From Methylophilales bacterium BACL14 MAG-120910-bin43 (lineage in GTDB: Bacteria > Pseudomonadota > Gammaproteobacteria > Burkholderiales > Methylophilaceae), in assembly GCA_905181685.1 (NCBI GenBank), contig CAJIYK010000004.1:57337-121336 (forward strand): DNA of 64,000 bases. Direction: 5' to 3'. The notes beneath the pieces were generated by a model. That model was not told the origin of the DNA. It saw only the letters and a program-made list of their open reading frames with translations, and made no database searches. Made by a program: the position numbers and the translations under genes. Below are positions 19,339 through 31,205 of this stretch, piece by piece. How positions within the stretch are numbered: the first letter of the stretch is position 1; each line of letters opens with the position of its first letter.

Positions 19339-22300
19339 TTTCTTAAATGAGCCATAGTTTAAGAGTATGGTTGGGAGTATTAGAAGATTAAGGATAGTGG
19401 AGGTAAATAAGCCCCCTATAATTATCATGGCCATTGGCCCCTCAATTTCTTTTCCTGGTTGATCAGAACCAAATGCGATTGGAGTTAACGCTAAACCCGC
19501 AACAAGTGCTGTCATTAATATAGATGGCAGTCTTTCTTTTGCTCCTCTTATAGATGTCTCCAGGTTCCAGGTACAATTCTCCTCATCAATCAAGAATTGA
19601 TAATGAGATATCAACATAATTGTATTTCTTAAAGTAATTCCAAATAATGTTACAAACCCAACAAGTGACCCAATTGAAATCCATCCTCCTGTAAAAGAGG
19701 CAGCTAAGACACCACCTATTAATGCAAAAGGAAGATTTAAAACTGTTAGGCATAAGTTAGTGAAAGAACCAAAAGCAATATAAAGTAAAAGCAGAACTAC
19801 ACCCCCAGCCAGAAGAGATTGAGTAATAAGTTCGTTTCTTGCCTGCATATTTTCTTGTGCAGATCCTGTAATTTCATAGTAATTGCCTGCATTGAGTGTT
19901 AATTCTTTTAATTTTTTATGAAGGCTTTCAGTAAATATATCAATATCAACATCACCTATATTTGCAGTAACCGTTTGTACTCTTTTACCATTTTGGTGCA
20001 GAATTTTTGAGCGGCCATTTTTTTGAGATATATCAGCAATTTCAGATAGTTTTATTATTTGATTTTGAGCATTCATGATTGGTAATTCCCCAATATCAAG
20101 AATGTCATCTCTCGATTCCTTATTAAGCGTGACAGCAATTGTTGTAGGGATAATGCCATTATAAATTTTTGTGACGGGATAGTTATCATAAGCCGCTCTG
20201 ATAAATTTTAAGACATCTGCCTTATTTATTCCAAGTGAGCTCATCTTCTGTGATCTTAGTTTTATAAAGACCTCTGGTGATCCTGGTGGTGATTGGAGCG
20301 TTATGTCTCTGATTCCTTCAATAGAATTCAATGTTGAACTTATTAATGCGGCGTCCCTATCAATTAAATCTAAATTATCTCCAAATAGGTTTATTACTAC
20401 GGATGCATTATATCCAGAAATAGTCTCCTTCAATTCTTTCTGTAAGAAAGGTATTAATGGCAAAATTTACTCCCACAAAACCTGCATCAAGCTCTTGATC
20501 CTCGCCTCCATGAAGCAACGATTTTATTTGCTCTAAAATATAATCTTGCTCTGGACCTCCTAAGCCTTCATCTAATTCAATTTCAAATTCACTGTAATGC
20601 GTTCCAAATGTATCGGCACCCAAAGGAGAGCGACCAACCCATTGTGCAATCGATTTTATGCCCTGAATAGATTCCAATTTTTTTGTTACTAGATTACCAA
20701 CGCGTATTGATTCTTTTTCAGAAGTGCCAGGGAATGAGGTCATATGCATTATGAAATGGCCTTCGTGCAAGGGAGGAATAAATTGTGTCTTAAGAAACGG
20801 TAAAAATGATAAGCCAATGGCAATAACTAATAGAGATGAAATAATAATTAATTTAGACTGCTTTTCGATAAGCAATAGAATGGTTTCATATTTACCCTTT
20901 AAAAACTTAACAACGGGTGAATCTTCAGTCTTTATGTCCGAATAACCAATCATCAAGTAACATAATGCAGGCGTGATGGTTAGGGCAACAAAAAGAGAGG
21001 CTGTAATTGATGAAATATATGCAATTGCAAGTGGACCAAAGAGCTTTCCTGCTACGCCTGATAGCGATAATAATGGAACAAAAACAAGAACAATAATAAC
21101 GGTTGCAAAAACAACTGATTTTCTTACCTCCATTGAAGAGTTAAAAACAACCTGATAGAGGGGGAGAGGTTGTTTCTTTTCTTTATTTTGTCGCATTCTC
21201 CTAAAAATATTCTCCACATCAATAATTGCATCATCCACGACTTCACCCAATGCTATTGCCAGGCCGCTGATGACCATAACGTTGAGGCCAAAATCAAAAT
21301 AACTCATGACCGAGATTGCCGATAAAAGTGATAGTGGTATGGCAACAGCCGAGATAAATGCTGTTTTTAGGTTAAACAGAAAAAGGTATAGGATAGAAAT
21401 TACAAAAAAAGCGCCAATAATAATATCAATCCTCAGCCCTTTTATCGAGGCATCAATAAAGTTGGAAGGTTTAAATAAATCAGGAATAATTTCGATATTT
21501 TGGTCACTAAGTAAAGGCTCAATTAGTGTTAGAGCGCTTTCTAGTTCTTGAGTTAATTTATAAGTGTCAGCATTTAATTGACCTTGAACTGATAAATAAA
21601 CGCCGGGATTCCCATTGATTGACGCCGCACTTATGGATGGCTCAAAGCTTTCCTTTACAACTGCAATATCCCTTATCTTAATGACACTATTATCAATAGT
21701 TTTAATTGGAGCGATTTCAATCTCACCCAGCGTCTTTGACTGTCCCTCAGTGTTTATAATTAATCTTTGATTAGCATTTTCGATAAATCCTCCACCTACA
21801 ACAAGTGTAGAATTTTCGACAGCTTTGAGAATTTCACCTATTGAAATATTATATTGATAGAGTTTTTCAGGGATTATTTCTATATGAATTTGTTTCACTT
21901 TTCCACCGAACCGATTAACATCAGCAACCCCAGAAACTGACATAAGCTGAGGTATTATCAGTGTTTCAGCAACCGTCCGCAGCTCTGTCAATGTTTTATC
22001 GTTTGAATAAATACCTATACCAAGAACGCTTGAGGCTGATGAGGTGAGGGGGGCAATAGTTGGAATAACGCCGTTGGGCATTGATCTGATCAGTTTTGAA
22101 AGACTTTCCGAGACAGCTTGTCTATTTTTATGAATATCGGTACTTTCATCAAAGATGACCGTCACAACAGAGAGTCCAGGAATAGATTGTGATCGGGTCT
22201 GTTTAATACCAATCGTTCCTGATATAGCTTGCTCTATTGGCTTAGATACCAGCGTCTCAACTAAATTAGATGAGAATCCAGGGGCCTCTGTTTGAATAAT

Positions 22301-22438
22301 TACTTGAGTAGGAGAGAATTCTGGAAAAACATTCAGTGGGCTTTGTTTTATCTGATGAATTCCATAGGCTATGATAATGAAAGCTAGACCAATTATGACG
22401 CCAGGATGACGTATAGAAAAACGAATAATTGATCCCAT
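19324..22438 (-). CDS. CusA/CzcA-like RND permease; frameshift near 20420-20430
   Basis: VFPEFSPTQV, IQTEAPG, GEVVDDAIIDVEN, FIPPLHEG, ERLPSILMTAL, GKEIEGPMA. Confidence 0.9.
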
Positions 22439-22446
22439 CTTACAGC

Positions 22447-23529
22447 CTAATCCTCGTTTTCGTTTTTAATCTGATACTTAAACTCTTCTGAGAGAAGTAA
22501 TTGTGCACCATTCGTCACTATTTCATCATCAACGTTAATTTTTCCTTTCGGGACAATCCATCCATTCTCGGAGCCATTCTCTGCCTCGCGCATACCTTGT
22601 AGTGAGCGTCTTTCAAAATTACCATTTGATTTAATTCGGATATACGCCCATGGTTGCCCATTACTCCAAACCACCGATGAGTTTGGTACAAGAAGATAAT
22701 TTTGTTGATCATTAGGTTGTGCTACATAAGCAGATATCCTTTCACCAATTTTCAATTTATTGTTGTCTGTAACGTAGAAAAAATTTTTGCCTACGATTGA
22801 TGGATTTACCATCGGGGCAGATGAAAGAAATTCTCCTTTAATCTCTGGTGAACTTGAGATAGAGGGGATTATCACAATGTTTCGAGGTGGTAATTCTTCA
22901 CGAAGGCTCTGGGTAATGGATAAACTAATTAATTGGTTCTTATTTTTTAAAATTTTGTTTAATGGATCATTTTTATTTTTAGTGGCTCTGACAAAAAAAT
23001 CACCCCACTCCTGCCTAATTGAGCTCAAAATACCTGTCTCTTCGTTCATATATATATTTAACTGATTTTCTAAATCACTTATCTCGATTTCTTTTTTGCT
23101 GATTGTAAGGTCTGAAATATTTTTGTTGTCTTCATTAAGGGCACTTAAGGCCACTAATTGTTTCTTTTCAATGCGAATTTTATTTCTTACCTTTTTAATT
23201 TGATGGTTTACCCTCGCAAGGTTTGTTCTTTTGCTAATCAATGGGCCCAAATTTTGAACCATGCCATAGTTAAGTTTTTTTTGATTTATTTGGGTTTTTT
23301 TAATTTTTTCGTATTGAATGTTGCTGTTTGTTTCAACGGAAGTGGGTAATTGAATCTGCTTGATACCATCAACAACTGTTGTATAGTCGATAATAATTTC
23401 TTCATCAGCTTCATCTTCATCGGATTGAATGCCGGTAATATTTTTGTTCCCCAATAAGACTATTATCCAGATTAAAATTATTATGATTATTACTTGAGCA
23501 ACTATGACAATTGTTGTTTTATTTTTCAT
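22447..23529 (-). CDS. RND periplasmic adaptor (divergent MFP)
   Basis: N-terminal TM, coiled coil, C-terminal LVPNSSVV...IVTNGAQLLLSEE. Lies between TolC and RND genes. Confidence 0.8.
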   Translation of the reverse strand: MKNKTTIVIVAQVIIIIILIWIIVLLGNKNITGIQSDEDEADEEIIIDYTTVVDGIKQIQLPTSVETNSNIQYEKIKKTQINQKKLNYGMVQNLGPLISKRTNLARVNHQIKKVRNKIRIEKKQLVALSALNEDNKNISDLTISKKEIEISDLENQLNIYMNEETGILSSIRQEWGDFFVRATKNKNDPLNKILKNKNQLISLSITQSLREELPPRNIVIIPSISSSPEIKGEFLSSAPMVNPSIVGKNFFYVTDNNKLKIGERISAYVAQPNDQQNYLLVPNSSVVWSNGQPWAYIRIKSNGNFERRSLQGMREAENGSENGWIVPKGKINVDDEIVTNGAQLLLSEEFKYQIKNENED

Positions 23530-24941
23530 GGGCCATAGTAAATAGAAGTTGGAAATATCTGATCCTGGAGAACCCCTTCGGCTAAGAGGCCCAGCTGAAT
23601 TGAGGCGTTATTAGCTCTATTAAGTTCTAAATCAATATCAAGTAAAGCAAACATTTCTTTCTCAAGTTCCATTCTATTAATTTGTCCTTGATTGAATCTT
23701 TCTTGTAGCTGTTTGATTAGCATGTTTTTTGAGACTAAAGACTGTTTGACTGCTAATTCATGCTCTTTGTTTTTTTGTATAGACAAAGATAGCTCCTCTA
23801 CCTGATTGTTAACTTCGAGCTCAAAATTTTCTACCTTACTTGCTTCTAACTCTCGAAATATTGTTGCACGATTAATATAAGCTTTATTTCTCTCGGGAGT
23901 CTTTAATAGTGTTTGGATACCTAACCCCCATACATTATAACCAAAGTCGTAAATATAGGCAGGCGTAAATGTCATATCAGGATATTGCTTCGCAATTTCT
24001 AACTTAAGATTAGCCTCAGCTATCGCGTAGTGCGCCAGCTTTTGTCTTAAATCTATCCTATTTAGTAAGGCTGTTGAATGCATTTTAGTTTGGTCAATAT
24101 TTGCAAAATACTCTGTTAGGCTTGAGGTTAATTTCTCCTTTGTTTTTTTAATATCTATAGCCAGCAGGTTAAATTGTTCAAGGCTAAAACCAACAAGCGT
24201 GGCCATATTTTTTGTAATGTTTAGTTGTAAATTTTGATGTTTCATTAATTCTTTTTTTATAGAGTTAAATTTTATTTTTTCTCTTGATAAATCAATTTTG
24301 GAAACTAGGCCAAAATTAAGCCTTTTTTGTACCATGAAAACGATGGACTGCTGAAGCCGTATTTTATTTTTAAGTATTTGAATTAAATTTTGGTTATTTA
24401 TGTATTGAGTAAGGCTTTCAATCAGATTACCTCGTAACTTCCAATGTATTAACTCTTTATCAAGAAGCGCCAACTGAGTTTCATTGAATGCGAGCTCATA
24501 TCTTATTAGTCTTTTGTTGGCAGTTTCGTAAGTAAATGTATAGTCAAATTTGAAAAAGTTATCACTTGGATCACCAACATCACCTCTTTCATACTTAGCC
24601 CCTAGTGAGGACAAGGGTCGAAGCGAGGCAATTTTTTCATTGCTTTCGATGTATTTAAGTTCTAAGTCAGCTGTCTTTAACTGCGGGTTAAAGTACTTTT
24701 GTGCAATCAAAAGCTCATCAATTCCCCAGCTCTTAAATGGAATATTCGCTTTATCAAAGTTATTTTCTTCTAAGTAGGCTATGAAGTCTGAGTCATTTAA
24801 GTTTACTTGTTTGTTCTTTTGGTGGACTTCGTTGATATCAAGCGGTTTTTCTTGATAGTCGATAAAGCTACATGAGGTTAAAAAAAATAAAAATGGGACT
24901 AATGCATTTTTCTTAAAAATTGGTGAAAACCCGATATTCAT
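23526..24941 (-). CDS. TolC-family outer membrane lipoprotein
   Basis: Lipobox LTSC, NPQL, ALLNRIDL, LEIAKQYPD. First gene of the RND operon. Confidence 0.85.
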   Translation of the reverse strand: MNIGFSPIFKKNALVPFLFFLTSCSFIDYQEKPLDINEVHQKNKQVNLNDSDFIAYLEENNFDKANIPFKSWGIDELLIAQKYFNPQLKTADLELKYIESNEKIASLRPLSSLGAKYERGDVGDPSDNFFKFDYTFTYETANKRLIRYELAFNETQLALLDKELIHWKLRGNLIESLTQYINNQNLIQILKNKIRLQQSIVFMVQKRLNFGLVSKIDLSREKIKFNSIKKELMKHQNLQLNITKNMATLVGFSLEQFNLLAIDIKKTKEKLTSSLTEYFANIDQTKMHSTALLNRIDLRQKLAHYAIAEANLKLEIAKQYPDMTFTPAYIYDFGYNVWGLGIQTLLKTPERNKAYINRATIFRELEASKVENFELEVNNQVEELSLSIQKNKEHELAVKQSLVSKNMLIKQLQERFNQGQINRMELEKEMFALLDIDLELNRANNASIQLGLLAEGVLQDQIFPTSIYYGP

Positions 24942-25052
24942 TTTTTTTTAAATTTTGATTATAAAATAATATCTATCAATTTTAATGTAATTAATCATCA
25001 ACTACCAAGTAATAATTTAGATTGAATTTTTCGGTACCAAATTTGACTAAAC

Positions 25053-25067
25053 TGCTATAATACGCGC
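25053..25067 (+). promoter_or_regulatory. Extended -10 promoter with GC-rich discriminator for tRNA-Leu/tig
   Basis: TGCTATAAT followed by ACGCGC, typical of stringently controlled stable-RNA promoters. Confidence 0.65.
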
Positions 25068-25096
25068 TTATTATAGTTGTACGTTTACTAGAACAA

Positions 25097-25181
25097 GCGA
25101 GAGTGGCGGAATTGGTAGACGCACTGGTTTTAGGTACCAGCGCCGCAAGGCGTGAGAGTTCGAGTCTCTCCTTTCGCACCA
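25097..25181 (+). tRNA. tRNA-Leu (TAG)
   Basis: GCGAGAG acceptor stem, anticodon arm CTGGT-TTTAGGT-ACCAG, long variable arm, GTTCGAGT, CCA end. Confidence 0.97.
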
Positions 25182-25199
25182 ATTTTTAGGAATTATTTA

Positions 25200-26516
25200 A
25201 TGGCAGAAGCATTAGAAAAAATAAGCAATATTGAAAGAAGAGTAAAGGTTACGGTGCCTGTTGCTCCTTTACAAGATCAAATAAACCAACGTTTTCAGCA
25301 GCTTACTAAAACAGCGCGTGTCCAAGGATTTAGGCCTGGAAAAGTCCCCTTGAGCATCATTAAGAGACAATACGGCCCTGACATCAAAACAGAAGTTTAT
25401 TCAAAAGCCATTGAAGAAAGATTTGGAATCGTCATAGAAGAAAACAAAATACAGGTTGCAGGTATGCCTGATATCCAACATGAACCTCTTTCAAACATTG
25501 ATGATGATTTCGAGTTCACTGCTACATTTGAGATATTTCCGGAAGTGAAAGACATCGATGTGAAAAAGATTAGCGTTACTGATTATGATACTGATGTAAA
25601 AGAAAATGATGTTAAGAAAACAATAGACACAATTGCGAAACAAAGAAGTACCTTCAAATCCGTAAAAAGGGCTTCAAAGATGGGCGACAAGGTTAACATT
25701 AAGATGGAATCATTTCTTGATGGTGAAAAAATTGAGGATACCGGGAAAGAGAATCATTGAATTTATTTTAGGTGACGCAAAAAGGGTCAAAGAAATAGAT
25801 CAACAGATTGTTGGTTTGAAGGAAAATGAAGAGAAAGACTTTGATGTAAATTACCCGAAAGATCATAACCTGCTCAACTTGCTAATAAGGTAGTCAAGTA
25901 CCATATAAAAATGGTTAGCTGTCGATGAGCCTATATTGCCAAAAATTGATGCTGAGTTTGCTAAGAGCCTTGGTGTTGAGTCGGGCGATATCAAACAAAT
26001 GAATTCAGAAATTAAGAATTCTTTACTTGATGAAGTTAGTGTCAGAAAAAAAGCTGCAGACTAAAGAGGCAAGTCTTTGCTGAGTTAGTTATGCATTCAA
26101 AAATGGACATTCCTAAGTCCTTAGTTACTATGGAAATCAATCGTATGATGCAGACCATGCAGCAAAATATTAGAAAGGCAAGGAGGCGAATGCTAAGGAT
26201 ATTAACTTCCAACCTGAAATGTTTGAAGGTCGAGCAAAAGAAACTTGCTACATTGAGATTTAGTATTAGCGAACGTTAGTTGAATAAAATAAACTTCGAA
26301 GCAAGTGAAGAGCAAATAAAGACAAAAGTTGAAGAATTTTCGCTAATTTATGATGACACTAGAAAAAGCAGTTAAATGGTTTTATGAGGATAAACAAAGA
26401 CTTAAGTGAGCCAGCTGCACTTGCTACTGAAGATAATGTTGTTGATTGGTTTTTAAAACAATGTAAGAAAATCAAAGAAGACTTTCATTGATGACTTAAT
26501 GGCAGATTCAACCTAA
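25200..26516 (+). CDS. tig: Trigger factor; many frameshifts after 25750
   Basis: GFRPGKVP ribosome-binding motif. Position after tRNA-Leu and before clpP. Confidence 0.93.
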
Positions 26517-27152
26517 TGGTATAAAACTACGAATCAATAAGTAATTTTCAGCAAATAATCTTGGGTATATACCTATGGTTGTTGAGCAAAGTGGTCGAGG
26601 TGAAAGAGCTTATGATATCTACTCCAGACTTCTCAAAGAAAGAGTTATTTTTTTAGTTGGCCCTGTAGATGATATGACTGGCTAATGTTGTAGTTGCTCA
26701 ATTATTATTTTTAGAAGCAGAAAACCCAGATAAAGATATTTCTTTATATATAAATTCACCAGGTGGCTCAGTGACTGCAGGAATGGCTATTTATGACACA
26801 ATGCAGTTTATAAAGCCTGATGTTAGCACTTTATGTATTGGCCAAGCAGCTAGTATGGGAGCCTTCTTCTTACTGCAGGGCTAGAAAGGAAAAGATTTTG
26901 TTTAGCCAACTCCAGAGTTATGATTCATCAGCCATTAGGGGGGTTTCAAGGTCAAGCATCTGATATTGAAATTCATGCAAAGAAATTCTTATATTTAAAA
27001 CTAAGCTTAATACATATTATCATCATACAAAGCAACCATTAAAAAAATATGCAGAAGATACTGATCGAGATAATTTTATGAGTCTCAGAGGATGCTGTTG
27101 ACTATGGATTGTTGATCAAGGTTATTAATAGCAGGTCTAAAGTTAAAATAAG
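26516..27152 (+). CDS. clpP: Clp protease proteolytic subunit; heavily frameshifted, ends approximate
   Basis: Manual reading gives [69 protein letters not shown]. Confidence 0.95.
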
Positions 27153-27158
27153 ATTAAA

Positions 27159-28420
27159 ATGGCTGAAGATCAAAGAAAAATCTCTTTTATGTTCATTTTG
27201 TGGAAAAAATCAACATGAAGTTAAAAAATTAATTGCTGGCCCATCGGTTTTATCTGCGACGAATGTGTTGATCTTTGTAATGATATTATTTGAAGAAGAA
27301 TCTAAAGATCATTAACAGTAAGAAAGAAAAAACAGACTGTATTACACCCCTAAAGAACTTTTTCAAACTTAGTGAGCATGTTATAGGCCAAGAAGAAGCA
27401 AAAAAAAGTCTTGCTGTTGCCGTTTATAATCACTACAAAAGATTAATAAACATACAAGATAAAGATGATCCTTTCGATGTAATTTCAAAAAGTAATATTC
27501 TTTTTATTGGTCCGACTGGCTCAGGTAAAACCTTCTTGCCCAAACTCTTGCAGAGCTTCTTGAGGTCCCTTTTGTATGGCTGATGCCACAACTCTTAACT
27601 GAGGCTGGTTACGTTGGTGAAGATGTGGAAAATATTATGCAAAAATTACTTCAAAAATGTGATTACGATGTTGAAAAAGCACAAAAAGGAATCGTTTATG
27701 TAGATGAGGTGATAAAATATCAAGAAAATCGAAAATCCATCAATTACAAGAGATGTGTCTGGAGAAGGGGTTCAGCAAGCTTTACTTAAGCTGATTGAGG
27801 GAACGGTTGCATCAATTCCACCCCAAGGAGGAAGAAAACATCCTAACCAAGAATTTGTTCAACTAGATACAACAAATATACTGTTTATTTGTGGAGGGGC
27901 TTTTGATGGCTGGAAAAAATAATACAACAAAGAACTGAAAAAAATAGCATAGGTTTTGGTGCTGAGGTTCAAGGTGAGGATGAGAGTAAAGAAATTGGTA
28001 ATAAATAATGCCAATGTTGAACCTGAAGATCTTATTAAAGTTTGGTTTAATTCCTGAATTTATTGGTCGTCTTCCAGTGATTGCTACACTTCAGTCCTTG
28101 ATAAAGAGGCGCTTGTTAAGATTCTCACAGAAGCCTAAAAATGCATTAACAAAACAATTTAAAAAATTATTCCATATGGAGGGTGTTGATCTTGAATTTC
28201 GACCTGATGCAATTGATGAAATTGCTTCACAGGCAATCAACAGAAGAACAGGGGCTAGAGGGTTGAGGTCTATTATGGAAGAGTCACTTAAAGAAGTGAT
28301 GTTTGAGTTACCTGGCGTAAGAAACCTAAAAACGTTGTTATAGATAGAGCATCAATTAAGGATAAAACAAAACCTTATTTCGTATACTCAGAAGAGAAGA
28401 AAAGTAACAGCGCAGTTTAA
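27159..28420 (+). CDS. clpX: Clp protease ATP-binding subunit ClpX; heavily frameshifted
   Basis: CSFCGK zinc domain, [49 protein letters not shown]. Confidence 0.96.
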
Positions 28421-28432
28421 ATATTCAATACA

Positions 28433-28460
28433 CTTGATATTATAAAAATCATCACCATAA
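28433..28460 (+). promoter_or_regulatory. Sigma32 (RpoH)-type promoter of lon
   Basis: CTTGAT-N14-CACCATAA versus consensus CTTGAA-N13-17-CCCCATnT. lon is a canonical RpoH target. Confidence 0.65.
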
Positions 28461-28496
28461 TTTATATGTTCAACACTAAGAGAATAGTAGAAAAAT

Positions 28497-30882
28497 ATGA
28501 ATAAATCATTCCCAATGCTTCCTTTACGAGATGTTGTTGTTTACCCACATTTGGTGATACCACTTTTTGTTGGAAGAGACAAATCTATTTCTGCTATTGA
28601 AAAGGCAAATAATGGCGATAAAAAAATACTTCTAGTCGCACAGAAATCTGCAAATCAGGATGAACCGAAAGCTAAAGATTTATATAAAATTGGGACGCTT
28701 GCGACAATTATTCAAACCCTTAAATTACCTGATGGAACTGTCAAAGTTTTAGTTGAAGGGCTTGAAAGAGCGAACATAAAAAAATTAACACAAACGAGTG
28801 ATTATTTAACAGCAGAAGCATCTATCGTAAAAATCAAGAGAACCAAAGGATAAAAATACAAAAGCTTTTATGAGGTCAGTTTTTTCTCAATTTGACCAGT
28901 ACGTTAAGCTTAATAAAAAGATTCCACCAGAAATTTTATCATCACTGACATCGATTACAGAGCCAGGAAGGTTAGCTGATTCAATAGCTGCTAACCTTTC
29001 ATTGAAGCTATCTGAGAAACAAAAATACTTAGAAACATTTGAAGTAAAAAATCGCCTAAATCTTCTTTTAGAACTCATGGAGCTGAAATTGATATTCTTC
29101 AAGTTGAGAAAAAAATTAGAGGTCGAGTTAAGAAACAAATGGAGAAAGTCACAACGGGAATATTATTTAAACGAACAGGTTAAAGCTATTCAGAAAGAGC
29201 TAGGTGATTCAGAAGAAGGTGCAGAATTCGATGAGCTGCAAGACAAAATTAATAATACTGACATGTCGAGCGACGCTAAGGATAAATGTTTATCAGAACT
29301 TAAAAAGTTAAAAATGATGTCACCAATGTCTGCTGAAGCTTCTGTTGTGAGAACATATATTGAAACAATTGTTAACCTCCCATGGAATAAAAGCACAAAA
29401 ATTAACCATGATCTGGGTAATGCTGAAATTACTTTAGATAACGACCACTATGGGCTTGATAAGGTTAAGGAGCGCATTATTGAGTACCTCGCTGTCCAGC
29501 AAAGAGTGGATAAACTAAAAGCACCTATTTTGTGTCTTGTTGGTCCTCCTGGAGTTGGAAAAACATCATTAGGTCAGAGTATTGCACAGGCAGTAAACCG
29601 AAAATTTATACGAATGGCACTCGGTGGTGTCAGAGATGAGGCCGAAATAAGGGGTCATAGAAGAACTTACATTGGCTCGATGCCAGGTAAGATTTTACAG
29701 AACATGACAAAGTCAGGAGTAACTAACCCTCTATTTTTACTTGATGAAGTTGATAAAATGGGCCAAGATTTTAGAGGTGACCCTTCATCAGCATTACTTG
29801 AGGTACTTGACCCAGAACAAAACCACACATTCAATGATCACTATGCTGAAATTGAATATGATTTATCAAATGTGATGTTTGTAGCAACAGCAAATTCAAT
29901 GAATATACCTGAGCCACTTCTTGATCGAATGGAAATAATCAGGCTGCCCGGCTACACCGAAGCAGAAAAGGCAAGTATTGCCAATAAACATCTTCTTCCT
30001 AAGCAATTAAAGGCGCATGGCTTAAAAAAATCAGAAATGAAAGTTACTGGTAAGGCTATCAAAGATATCATCCAGTATTACTCGAGGGAGGCTGGAGTAA
30101 GAAAGCTTGAGCAAGAATTATCTAAAATATGTAGAAAAGCTGTAAAAAAATTGCTTACAGATAAAAAAACTAAATCAATCAATGTTAGTAACAAAAACTT
30201 ACAAGATTACCTAGGTGTTAAGATTTTTGATATTGGTTTGGCTAGTAAAAAGAATCAAATTGGTCAAGTAACAGGGCTTGCATGGACCCAGGTGGGTGGA
30301 GAATTATTAACCATTGAAACGGTAGTTGTTCCAGGAAAAGGAAAAACAATCATTACGGGTAAGCTTGGAGATGTAATGCAAGAATCCATTCATGCAGCGA
30401 TGAGCGTTGTTAGAAGTAGGGCGGATGTTCTTGGTATTGATAGTGATTTTTATGAAACAAAAGATATACATATTCATTTCCCAGAAGGGGCTACCCCAAA
30501 AGACGGACCAAGTGCTGGTATTGGTATTACAACAGCGATAATATCAAGTCTAACAAATATTCCTGTGTTTAATGATGTTGCTATGACGGGTGAGATAACA
30601 TTAAGGGGCGAGGTCCTTGCTATCGGTGGTTTGAAGGAAAAGCTATTAGCAGCCCATAGAGGTAATCTTAAAAAGATTTTAATACCAGAGCAAAACCTGA
30701 AGGATTTAGTGGATGTCCCTTCTGATGTAAAAGATTCATTAAAAATAATTCCGGTCAGATGGATTGATCAGGTTATTGAATTAGCTTTGACAAGACAGCC
30801 AAGTAAGAAAAAAGGTAAATCTAAAACAAGCCATGGGGCCGAAAAGAAGTTTGTTGAAATTGATAAGCCGATCGCTCATTAG
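28497..30882 (+). CDS. lon: Lon protease; frameshifts near 28840 and a compensated pair near 29085-29150
   Basis: PLRDVVVYP, GPPGVGKTS, LLDEVDK, PKDGPSAG, GGLKEK. Confidence 0.98.
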
Positions 30883-30951
30883 TTAGTCCGCATTTTGCTA
30901 GCATTGTTGTTAACTTTATTGTAAAATTGCCGAGCTCAAATTTGACAATTT

Positions 30952-31027
30952 GGGTGCTTAGCTCAGTTGGTAGAGCGTCGCCCTTACAAGGCGAATGTCA
31001 CAGGTTCGAACCCTGTAGCACCCACCA
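30952..31027 (+). tRNA. tRNA-Val (TAC)
   Basis: 76-nt cloverleaf GGGTGCT...CACCCACCA, anticodon loop CTTACAA. Confidence 0.97.
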
Positions 31028-31032
31028 GTTTA

Positions 31033-31109
31033 GGAGTGGTAGTTCAGTTGGTTAGAATACCGGCCTGTCACGCCGGGGGTCGCGGGTTCGAGTCCCGTCC
31101 ACTCCGCCA
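31033..31109 (+). tRNA. tRNA-Asp (GTC)
   Basis: 77-nt cloverleaf GGAGTGG...CACTCCGCCA, anticodon loop CTGTCAC. Confidence 0.97.
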
Positions 31110-31115
31110 TCGATT

Positions 31116-31150
31116 TCGTAAGCTGCATAAAGTAGCTTACGATTTGATTT
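31116..31150 (+). terminator. Hairpin/terminator after the tRNA pair
   Basis: TCGTAAGCTGC-ATAAA-GTAGCTTACGA followed by TTTGATTT. Confidence 0.6.
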
Positions 31151-31205
31151 AAGAACTTTAATGGGTAAAAAAGGTCGATTAATTTACTTTAAAAAGAAAT
31201 AAACT

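Noticed and set aside
19324-25181. Genomic island integrated at tRNA-Leu carrying the CzcA-like pump
   Set aside because: The pump lies 5' of the tRNA. No integrase and no duplicated tRNA 3' end were seen.
24991-25182. 63-aa minus-strand ORF, and the N-terminal extension of the tig ORF from 25152
   Set aside because: Shadows of tRNA-Leu. tig starts at the ATG at 25200 after an AGGA SD.
30967-31152. 61-aa ORF between lon and ppiD as a small protein or HU substitute
   Set aside because: It is the translation of tRNA-Val and tRNA-Asp and has no HU motif.
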